From the NCBI GenBank assembly GCA_963700425.1, contig CAVOXO010000010.1, forward strand, positions 40,666 through 104,665: 64,000 nucleotides of DNA. Reading direction: 5' to 3'. The notes beneath the pieces were generated by a model, which was not told where the DNA came from, searched no databases, and worked only from the letters and a program-made list of their open reading frames with translations. Positions 42,001 to 49,688 of this stretch are shown here, one piece after another; the stretch's first letter is position 1, and the number at the start of each line of letters is the position of its first letter. The DNA is from an uncultured Microthrixaceae bacterium. Lineage in GTDB: Bacteria; Actinomycetota; Acidimicrobiia; Acidimicrobiales; Microtrichaceae. A program made the translations under genes and the position numbers.

Positions 42001-43005
42001 GTGGGCGCGATGGACCGAACGACGCTGATCGAGGGCGACTCGCATCCGCTCGTACCCGAGCTCCGTCGGCGTCTCGACGGCCTCGGGTTCTCCGCGCCCG
42101 GCGAGTCCGACACGGTCGATGCCGCCATGGTCGATGCTCTGGCATCATTCCAGGCGTCGCGCGGGCTCGAGACCGACGGGGTCTGCGGACCTGCCACGTG
42201 GAGAGCGCTCATCGAGGCCGAGTTCCAGCTGGGCGCACGCCTCCTGTATCTCACGGTGCCGATGACGAGAGGCGACGATGTCGCCGAGCTTCAACTCCGT
42301 CTTGGAAATCTGGGATTCGACCCCGGTCGCACCGACGGCATCTTCGGGCCCGATACCGAGCGGGCCCTCGCAGATTTCCAGCGAAATGCAGGACTGGTGG
42401 TCGACCGTGTGTGCGGTCCCGACACCGTCGATGCTCTCTCTCGCATCGCCACCCGTGGTGGCAACTCGTCGGTGACCGGCCTCAGGGAGCGCGAGCACTA
42501 CCGCACATCATCTCTGGAATTGATAGGTCTGCGGATTGCTATCTGTAGTTTAGATGATGGCAATCCGATTGCTGGTCCGCTCGGGGCCGGCCTCCAACGC
42601 GAAGGCGCCGGGGTCGCCGTCTTCACCGATGTCGACGGCTCGCATCTCGCTCAGGTCGTGAACCGATTCGAGGCCGATGTGTGCATCGGGCTGGTGATGA
42701 CGGCACTTCCCTCCTGCGACATCGCCTACTTCGGGGTGGAGAACTACACATCGCCCGCCGGGTTCGCTCTTGCCCAGCTCGTGGTGCGCGAACTCCCCAA
42801 GCATCCCGACCACAAGCCACCTGAAGCGGTACCGATGCGGATTCCGCTACTCCGCGAAACACGCGCCCCTGCCATCCGGCTCAAGATCGGACCTGCGTCG
42901 TCGATGATCGACTCGACATCGCTGATCGCCACCGGCCTTCATCGGTCGGTGGAGAAGTGGGCAAAGGGGCCCGTGGCTGCTCCCATCACCTCACGTTCGA
43001 CGTGA
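42001..43005 (+). CDS. cwlM: CwlM-like protein: two PG_binding_1 repeats plus degenerate Amidase_3-like domain
   Basis: Two repeats of the type LQ..L..LGF..G..DG.FGP.T..A...FQ...GL..DGVCGP.T. The C-terminal domain aligns by eye to the amidase_3 fold but lacks the IDPGHGG-type start. Confidence 0.7.
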   Translation: MGAMDRTTLIEGDSHPLVPELRRRLDGLGFSAPGESDTVDAAMVDALASFQASRGLETDGVCGPATWRALIEAEFQLGARLLYLTVPMTRGDDVAELQLRLGNLGFDPGRTDGIFGPDTERALADFQRNAGLVVDRVCGPDTVDALSRIATRGGNSSVTGLREREHYRTSSLELIGLRIAICSLDDGNPIAGPLGAGLQREGAGVAVFTDVDGSHLAQVVNRFEADVCIGLVMTALPSCDIAYFGVENYTSPAGFALAQLVVRELPKHPDHKPPEAVPMRIPLLRETRAPAIRLKIGPASSMIDSTSLIATGLHRSVEKWAKGPVAAPITSRST

Positions 43006-43032
43006 CAGTCGGCCCCAACGTCTCGTTCGGGT

Positions 43033-43066
43033 TTATCCCCAGCCTGTGGTCAAACCTGGGGACAAC
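43033..43066. promoter_or_regulatory. Cluster of three DnaA-box-like 9-mers in the cwlM/parB convergent intergenic region
   Basis: TTATCCCCA (43033-43041), TGTGGTCAA (43046-43054) and GGGGACAAC (43058-43066, complement TTGTCCCCA). The last is identical to the best oriC box. Confidence 0.5.
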
Positions 43067-43068
43067 GG

Positions 43069-43992
43069 TCAGGTGTTGATCAACCTGTAGATCCGCTCGA
43101 GGTCCTCGAGGTTCGCGAAATCGATCGTGACCCGTCCGCGTCTGGAGGTCATGGCCACCTTCACCTTCGTATCGAGGCGCCGCGACAACAGCTCCTCCAA
43201 CTCGAGAAGTCCAGGCGGCCGAAGCTGTTGGGGGGTCGTCGGCTGGGGCGAACCCAGCTGGCCTTCGAGGCCGGCTCGCTCCGCGATCAGGTTCTCGGTG
43301 GCCCGGACCGAGAGATCCTCGGCAGCGATCTTCTTGGCCAGTTGCTCCTGGTACGCCCGATCGGGAGTGGACAAGAGGACCTTGGCATGGCCGGCACTCA
43401 CCAGCCCATCGGCGATCGCCTTCTGAACCGACGGCGGTAGCTGGAACAGCCGCAACAGATTCGTCACCGACGAACGACTCTTCCCCACGCGGTGGGCGAC
43501 CTGCTCCTGGGTCAGACCGAAGTCCTCCATGAGTTGCTGATAGGCGGCCGCCTCCTCGAGCGGATTGAGATCCTGCCGATGGAGATTCTCCACGATGGCC
43601 TGCTCGAGGGAACCGACCTCCTCCACCTCCCGGACGATCGCCGGAATCGTCGAGAGGCTCGCCCGACGAGCAGCGCGCCATCGGCGTTCGCCGGCGATGA
43701 GTTCGTACTCGTGATCGTTCAGCCGACGCACCAGAACCGGTTGGAGAACACCCACCTCTCGAACCGAATCGGTCAAAGCACCCAGCGACTCCTCGTCGAA
43801 GTTGGTGCGCGGCTGGTGACGATTGGCGACGATCGCGCTGATCGGCAGGTCGATGAGCGCCGTGACGTGCTCCGACGCCGCCAACCCCGAGGGACCATCG
43901 GTGGGTATGAGGGCTCCGAGGCCCTTGCCCAGTCCACTACGTCGAGACACTGTGTACCTCCCTGGCGAGTTCGCGATAGGCGACCGCGCCAC
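43069..43992 (-). CDS. parB: Chromosome partitioning protein ParB
   Basis: GLGKGLGALIP, QPRTNFDEESL, LIAGERRWRAA, HTH region. The start may be GTG 43950. Confidence 0.92.
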   Translation of the reverse strand: MARSPIANSPGRYTVSRRSGLGKGLGALIPTDGPSGLAASEHVTALIDLPISAIVANRHQPRTNFDEESLGALTDSVREVGVLQPVLVRRLNDHEYELIAGERRWRAARRASLSTIPAIVREVEEVGSLEQAIVENLHRQDLNPLEEAAAYQQLMEDFGLTQEQVAHRVGKSRSSVTNLLRLFQLPPSVQKAIADGLVSAGHAKVLLSTPDRAYQEQLAKKIAAEDLSVRATENLIAERAGLEGQLGSPQPTTPQQLRPPGLLELEELLSRRLDTKVKVAMTSRRGRVTIDFANLEDLERIYRLINT

Positions 43993-45070
43993 GCGACGAT
44001 GAGTCGAACGTCGTGATCGGCTGGCCGTACGACGGTGCCTCCGACAATCGGATATTGCGCGGAATCACGTTGCGGCACACCAGCGAGCCGAAGTGCTCAC
44101 GCACCTCGTGCGACACCTGTTCGGCGAGATTCGTGCGTCCGTCGTACATGACGAGCACGATGGAACCGAGCACGAGATCTCGATTGAGGTTCTTCTGGAC
44201 CAGATTGATGTTCCGAATCAGTTGGCCCAACCCCTCGAGGGCGTAGTACTCACATTGAATCGGAACCATGACCTCGTCTGCCGCCGCAAGGGCGTTCACC
44301 GTCAACAACCCCAGCGATGGTGGGCAGTCGATGAGGACGTAGTCGTAGTCATCGATCACCTCGGCGATGGCGTTCTTGAGGCGTGATTCCCGACTGAACG
44401 CCGGCACCAATTCGATCTCGGCGCCGGCGAGGTCGAGACTGGCCGGCGCGATGAAGAGGTTGAGCACCGACGTGGGTTCAACGCAGTCTTCGAGCGGCAC
44501 GTCGGACAACAGCACATCGTAGATGGAGCTCTCGAGTGAACGTGGGTTGAGTCCCAGGCCGGTCGTCGCGTTGCCCTGTGGATCGAGGTCGATGATCAGA
44601 ACTCGATGATCATCCTCTGCCAGGGCGGCCCCGAGATTGATCGTCGTCGTGGTCTTTCCCACGCCGCCCTTCTGATTGGCCAGAGCGATGATGCGAGGCA
44701 GCGGGCGGGGGCTCATCGGTTCGACATCGAGGTCATCGACCGGTCCGGGAGACGCAGGTCGTTCGCGGGCCGGATCCGAGGTCACGGTGGCGCCGGTGGA
44801 GTCATCGACGGCGAGCGGAGCCGGGGGAGGGGGAGGGGGTGGCGGGTGCGGTTCGACGGCAGACGGCGCTGACCGGTCCACCGCCCCCTCATCCCATGTG
44901 GTCGCGGAGGCCTCCGTCAGGGGAGAGTCGATGACCGAGCGACCATCCACGCTCGCCTCATCATTCGACGAGGTGACCGAGTGATCGTCGGGTGGAGGCG
45001 GCGCCGACTCCGAATCCTCACCACGATGACTGCGCCACCGACGCCAACCCTGCTGTTCGTTCACACTCAC
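43937..45070 (-). CDS. parA: Chromosome partitioning ATPase ParA/Soj with about 120-aa acidic, Pro-rich N-terminal extension
   Basis: IIALANQKGGVGKTTTT, DLDPQGN. N-terminus contains PPPPPPPPP. Confidence 0.92.
   Translation of the reverse strand: MSVNEQQGWRRWRSHRGEDSESAPPPPDDHSVTSSNDEASVDGRSVIDSPLTEASATTWDEGAVDRSAPSAVEPHPPPPPPPPAPLAVDDSTGATVTSDPARERPASPGPVDDLDVEPMSPRPLPRIIALANQKGGVGKTTTTINLGAALAEDDHRVLIIDLDPQGNATTGLGLNPRSLESSIYDVLLSDVPLEDCVEPTSVLNLFIAPASLDLAGAEIELVPAFSRESRLKNAIAEVIDDYDYVLIDCPPSLGLLTVNALAAADEVMVPIQCEYYALEGLGQLIRNINLVQKNLNRDLVLGSIVLVMYDGRTNLAEQVSHEVREHFGSLVCRNVIPRNIRLSEAPSYGQPITTFDSSSRGAVAYRELAREVHSVST
44823..44846 (+). repeat. G-run tract GGGGGAGGGGGAGGGGGTGGCGGG (encodes the poly-Pro tract on the opposite strand)
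   Basis: Read directly. Four or more G runs of at least 3 with loops of 4 nt or less. Confidence 0.8.
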
Positions 45071-45157
45071 CTCACGGTTCGGAGACGGACGTCGCCGAGG
45101 GAATCGTCCGCTCCATCTTGGTGCTGTGGATCGCAGTGGTCAAGCATTCACCCGGCA

Positions 45158-45173
45158 TGTTCCACGTGGAACA
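45158..45173. promoter_or_regulatory. parS: parS site (perfect 16-bp palindrome TGTTCCACGTGGAACA)
   Basis: 14/16 match to the canonical tGTTtCACGTGAAACa. The two deviations are symmetric. Lies 88 bp upstream of the parA start. Confidence 0.85.
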
Positions 45174-46040
45174 CTCCGCGAGTCGTGGCGAACGGACACG
45201 ACTCTCCCCCGCTTCACCAGCCCTGGCGCCGTGTCGCGTCGCCATCAAGGGCGTTCGCGAACCCGTCCCGGCGCCTTCCGGGCCCGGCATTCCGAAGGTC
45301 CCGAGTATTCGCGAGGACGCCCGCCGACGAACGTCATCGGCGCATCGTCCTGCCGGGCCACGTGCAGCGGCCGAGGGCACGGCGTCGACACCGAGGTCCA
45401 CATCACCCCGACTGGTCGGTTGCCGAGCGAGGCTGTGGGACCCTGATCATGGTTGGTCACTCGGTCCACGACCGTGCGCCTCGATGATCCTCGTCGAACA
45501 ACCGTGCTTCACGGAGTCCGCGTCGATAGCGTGGGACCGCCCCACTCCGCGGACCGCTCGTGACCCAGCCGATGGCGCGTCCCGGTCGTCGTCGAGGCGA
45601 GTGGCGAGATCCCTGAGGTCACGGCTGTCCGATATCTCCGGCGGACATCTTCTGGTCGAACCACCTCCCTGATGACGCGGCGATGACCCACGTCGGCGTT
45701 CGATGAGGTGGCTCGGAACTGTCCGTGGCTGGTCCATGTCACGGGCTGTCGACGCGCCCGCGCTCCGAGGAACCGGACCACGAGCACGGAACGCTCTGAT
45801 CGGAACGAACGGACCCTGCGGGCGGGGACGAACGTTCCGGCCAGAGCGAGACGCAGGAGGGTTCCCGAACGGGGTCGGCCCGCGACACCATGTCCATCGG
45901 CACCCCACGCCAAGGATGCTTCACGCGACGCACCGAAGGAGGACCGGTGGGCGACGTGCCCCTCGAATCTCCCGTGACACCGCTGACCTCACGCCGAGAT
46001 GGCCGTCGAGACACTCCTGAACCAGTCCTCGACACCGTGA

Positions 46041-46056
46041 TGTTCCACGTGGAACA
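46041..46056. promoter_or_regulatory. parS: parS site, identical 16-mer, embedded in the 24-bp palindrome gtgaTGTTCCACGTGGAACAtcac
   Basis: Read directly. Abuts the rsmG stop codon (46057). Confidence 0.85.
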
Positions 46057-46677
46057 TCACCACAGAGGGCGCCGCCCAGGCACACCGTTGCGCCGGGGAT
46101 AGTCATCGGGGCACACCGAGAGTTGAGCCACGTCCTGGATCGTCGCGCCGTGAGCAACGTGGAGGCGTGTCGGCGACAGCCCCAGACGACCGCATGCGTC
46201 AGCATTCCATCGACCCTGAGCGGAGGGTGGTTCGCTGACCAACAGACGACCTCCCACCCGAAGGAAGGGCGCAGCGCACTCCGCGGTGACCGCGGGTGGC
46301 CCGAACGACCGTGAGGTGACGACGTCGACGCTGGCTCGAAGGTCGGGACGTCGTCCCAGGTCCTCGGCTCTTCCGCACTCGACACGGGCGTTCACACCGA
46401 GTTCATCGATAGCCTCGCACAGAAAGGCCGTCCGACGTCCATGGGCGTCGAGAAGAATCATGTCGAGGTCGTGTCGATACATGAGGAGCACGAGGCCCGG
46501 GAGCCCACCTCCGCTGCCCAGATCGAGGACGCGCTCACCATCCTCGACGAGATCGACGAAGGCCCGGGCATGATCGAGTTGTTTCTCGATCGGGCCCGGG
46601 CCCAGGAATCCCAGCGCCCTGCTTCTCTCCAACACGGTGATCAGAGGCCGATCGCCGAGGTGGGGGCGGGGCGTCAT
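46057..46677 (-). CDS. rsmG: 16S rRNA (guanine527-N7)-methyltransferase
   Basis: VLDLGSGGGLPGLVL, VTSRSF. Confidence 0.9.
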   Translation of the reverse strand: MTPRPHLGDRPLITVLERSRALGFLGPGPIEKQLDHARAFVDLVEDGERVLDLGSGGGLPGLVLLMYRHDLDMILLDAHGRRTAFLCEAIDELGVNARVECGRAEDLGRRPDLRASVDVVTSRSFGPPAVTAECAAPFLRVGGRLLVSEPPSAQGRWNADACGRLGLSPTRLHVAHGATIQDVAQLSVCPDDYPRRNGVPGRRPLW

Positions 46678-46693
46678 GTCGCTCTCGCTTCTG

Positions 46694-47545
46694 TCACTCC
46701 GTGGAGATCACGACCCTGCGCACAGGATCCTCGCCCTCCGACGACGTGGTGACGCCGTCGGCGTTCTCCGAGATGTAGTCATGAATGACCTTGCGCTCAC
46801 CGGCAGTCACCACGTCGATGACATGAGGTGTTCCGGAATCCCGAACTGCGGCGACGGTGGTCTCGACCAGTTCCCTCAGATTCTCTCGGCGAGCCTCACG
46901 GTACCCACCCACATCGAGACGCAGCCTGGGCCGATCGCCGCCGGCGGCGCGGTGCTGGAGTCGGGTACGACACAGTTCTTCGAGAGCCGTCATCATCCCG
47001 CCTCTCGGACCGATGAGGCGACCGAGGTTGTCTCCGTTGAGGGAGACCAGGAGCTCACCCTCTTCGGACACGTCGATGCTGGTCGTCGCATCGATCCCCA
47101 TCCGCTTCACGAACTCCTCGAGGAACTCCGTGACGTCCGCCGAGGCATCCTCCACGCTCAGAGCAGGCCCTCGCGGTTCGTCTGAGGACTCGGCGTTCGA
47201 ACGGTTGTTCTTCGGGGGGCGCTCCTTCTTCGGAGTCCTCGGTGCCGGAATCGGTGCCGACGACGGGCCCTCGGCGTCATCGCTCGGGCTCGTGGCCGTC
47301 CCCTCGCCCTTCTTCTTCTTCGGTCGGTCCGACGCGCTGCGGCGACGTCGCTCCTCCTTCTGTCGGGGAGCCTTGGGAGCCACTCGGGCGCGGACCCTGG
47401 CCATTCCCCTGAGACGACCGAACATCCCCGGACGCGGTTCTTCGAGAACGTCGAACTCGGCCTCCTGTTCATCGACACCCAGTTGATCCAACAACTGGTC
47501 CTTGGCCTCTTCAACCGTTTTCGCGGTGGTCTCGACCCATTCCAT
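46694..47545 (-). CDS. jag: Jag/KhpB-like RNA-binding protein (Jag_N, KH, R3H) with basic low-complexity linker
   Basis: MEWVETTAKTVEEAKDQLLDQLGV, GRLIGPRGGMMTALEEL, C-terminal R3H-like ERKVIHDYISE. Confidence 0.85.
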   Translation of the reverse strand: MEWVETTAKTVEEAKDQLLDQLGVDEQEAEFDVLEEPRPGMFGRLRGMARVRARVAPKAPRQKEERRRRSASDRPKKKKGEGTATSPSDDAEGPSSAPIPAPRTPKKERPPKNNRSNAESSDEPRGPALSVEDASADVTEFLEEFVKRMGIDATTSIDVSEEGELLVSLNGDNLGRLIGPRGGMMTALEELCRTRLQHRAAGGDRPRLRLDVGGYREARRENLRELVETTVAAVRDSGTPHVIDVVTAGERKVIHDYISENADGVTTSSEGEDPVRRVVISTE

Positions 47546-47571
47546 CTCTCTACCTCTTCCCGTCGTCCCGA

Positions 47572-48642
47572 TCAGCTGCCGCCCGGGCCGGAGCCCCGGG
47601 ACTGACCACTGCGCGGGGCCCCGGACTTGCGCCCGGGTGCTCGTGTCGTGCCGCCGTTTGCGGCCTTTCGTTGCGCGGCTTTGGATTTCTCGGACCGCTT
47701 CTTCGCCGGCTGGTCAGTGCTCGCGCCCTTGGACGCGGCCGACGCCTTCTTCTCCGACTTCTTCTCGGCCGCGGTCTCCTCCTCCAGCTGTTTGGAGGTC
47801 TCCGCGGCCTTCTTCATGTGCTCGTGATGATCCGGACCATAGATGTTGCGGGTGATGTAGTGCTGGAGAACGATGCGGCACAGACCCTGAGTGAAGTAGT
47901 ACAGCCCCAGGCCGGCCGGGAAGCTGAACGAGAACACCGGAAGCATGAAGGGCAGGACCTTCATCATCATCTGCTGTTGAGGATTGCTCGCCGCGTTCGG
48001 ATTGCGACCCTGGATCTGACGATTCTGGTACCACTGCGACACGAACAGACCGACCATCAACAGGACGAAGGGAATCGCGAAGAGGAGTCCGATCCGGATC
48101 GCCTGGGATGGGCTGACGGCAAGGTCGAGACCGAAGAACTTGATCTCGTTGGTCTGCGTCAGGTCCTCGTACAGCGTCGTCGTCGACTTCAGATGGATGG
48201 GCGAGAACGGTTGCTCGATCGCCACCCATGGCGTCAGTGGTTTGCCCGTGATGTACTCGCCGGTGATGTGACCGATGCCTGTCCCGTTACCGCCTACTCG
48301 CGTCGTGACTCCCCTGATCATCCGGTACAGGAGGAAGAAGATCGGGGCCTGCATCAGGACCGGCACGCAGCCCATGAGTGGATTGATGTTGTTCGCCTGA
48401 TAGAACGCCATCAACTCTTTGTTGAGCGTTTCGCGGTCGTCCTTGTACTTGTTCTGAAGCCTCTTCATCTCCGGCTGCAGACGCTGCATCTGGACCATCG
48501 AGCGAGTGCTGGTGAGCGTGAGCGGCGCCGTGACGATCATGACGACGATGGTGAGGAGTATGAGTGAAACACCAAAACTGTGTGTAATGCCGTAGAAAAA
48601 GGCAAGAATGCCTGAAACTACTTCATAGAGTCCTTCGAACAC
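47572..48642 (-). CDS. yidC: Membrane protein insertase YidC
   Basis: PLTLTSTRSMVQMQRLQPEMKRLQNKYKDD, NPLMGCVPVLMQAPIFF, basic C-terminal tail. Confidence 0.92.
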   Translation of the reverse strand: MFEGLYEVVSGILAFFYGITHSFGVSLILLTIVVMIVTAPLTLTSTRSMVQMQRLQPEMKRLQNKYKDDRETLNKELMAFYQANNINPLMGCVPVLMQAPIFFLLYRMIRGVTTRVGGNGTGIGHITGEYITGKPLTPWVAIEQPFSPIHLKSTTTLYEDLTQTNEIKFFGLDLAVSPSQAIRIGLLFAIPFVLLMVGLFVSQWYQNRQIQGRNPNAASNPQQQMMMKVLPFMLPVFSFSFPAGLGLYYFTQGLCRIVLQHYITRNIYGPDHHEHMKKAAETSKQLEEETAAEKKSEKKASAASKGASTDQPAKKRSEKSKAAQRKAANGGTTRAPGRKSGAPRSGQSRGSGPGGS

Positions 48643-48645
48643 CTT

Positions 48646-48864
48646 CTACTCCTTCGCAGGGACGGGGTCATAGCCCCGACCCCCGAGTGGATGACACCGG
48701 GACAATCGACGAATCGAGAGCCACGACCCCTTCAACGGACCGTGGGTGGCCAGCGCCTCGTCTGCGTAGGCCGAACAGCTCGGAACGAACCGACACGGCG
48801 ACGGCCGACCCTCGCGAATCAGCTGATACCACCGTATGACCGACCGCAGTGCCCGAGCGATCAT
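48646..48864 (-). CDS. yidD: Membrane protein insertion efficiency factor YidD
   Basis: [15 protein letters not shown]...[17 protein letters not shown]. Confidence 0.9.
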   Translation of the reverse strand: MIARALRSVIRWYQLIREGRPSPCRFVPSCSAYADEALATHGPLKGSWLSIRRLSRCHPLGGRGYDPVPAKE

Positions 48865-49199
48865 GTCGCACCGCCTGTGGCGACCGAGTTCATCACCGAG
48901 TCGATGCGCCTCCCCATCTCGGAGAAGGCCAATGGTTCGTGCGGTTCGACCGACAACACGAAAGCCCCGTGCGGGATCGAACCCCGACGATCCAACAGCG
49001 CCATGACCTCACGGAGTTGCCGACGGAGTCGATTCCTGACGACCGCATTCCCGACCCGGCGAGGAATGACGTACCCGACGGCCACCGTCTCGCACTCCGG
49101 CCTGACGATCGCACTTACTCGAAAGGGTATTTCCATCGCTTTCACTCCTTTTCGCTTTATCTCAGCGAATTCCGAGTGATGACGAACGGACCGGATCAA
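48861..49199 (-). CDS. rnpA: Ribonuclease P protein component
   Basis: Basic RNR motif [20 protein letters not shown] overlaps with both rpmH and yidD. Confidence 0.85.
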   Translation of the reverse strand: MIRSVRHHSEFAEIKRKGVKAMEIPFRVSAIVRPECETVAVGYVIPRRVGNAVVRNRLRRQLREVMALLDRRGSIPHGAFVLSVEPHEPLAFSEMGRRIDSVMNSVATGGAT

Positions 49200-49330
49200 G
49201 CGCTCAGGCGCTTACGCCCCTTGAGACGCCGCGCTCGGACGACTCGCCGTCCTGCCTTGTCGGACATCCGGTGACGAAAACCATGTCGACGCGCCCGGCG
49301 ACGGTTGTTGGGTTGGAACGTACGCTTCAC
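49196..49330 (-). CDS. rpmH: 50S ribosomal protein L34
   Basis: [47 protein letters not shown] start is preceded by aggagga. Confidence 0.9.
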   Translation of the reverse strand: MKRTFQPNNRRRARRHGFRHRMSDKAGRRVVRARRLKGRKRLSA

Positions 49331-49639
49331 CTGACAATCCTCCTGGGGAGCCGATGTGGTCTCGCAGCTCGTCGTCGAACGACCACGCATCGGGCCCTGT
49401 GCCGAACGACATAGGGACGGCCCACGCTAGATGGTCAGCACGCTCAGCTCCAAGCCGCGCGAATAGGTGACATTCCCGTGTCGTTTCGATTGCGTCGACC
49501 ACCGGTCTGTGACTACCGTCGCTCGGGCGAGAACGACCCTTCACGGCCAACCGAAAACGGTACCGCCTGGTCGTCGCTGAGTGGTGGATGGTTATGGGCG
49601 GACGAGACAATGAATCAGGGAGCGGGCGTGCCGGCTTCG

Positions 49640-49672
49640 TTGTCCACAACTGTGGACGACCTTGTGGATTCC
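49640..49672. promoter_or_regulatory. DnaA boxes upstream of dnaA, including an inverted pair
   Basis: TTGTCCACA (49640-49648), TGTGGACGA (49651-49659) and TGTGGATTC (49664-49672). GTCCACAACTGTGGAC is palindromic. Confidence 0.75.
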
Positions 49673-49688
49673 GGGAGGGTCCACGCCC

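Noticed and set aside
45071-46056. A known structured RNA (RNase P RNA, tmRNA, SRP RNA) or a heavily frameshifted protein gene in the rsmG-parA spacer.
   Set aside because: I found no GAGGAAAGTCCGG-type RNase P motif, no tmRNA tRNA-like ends and no SRP GGAA tetraloop context on either strand. No protein-like segment appeared in any of the six frames. The spacer is left as an unexplained finding rather than annotated.
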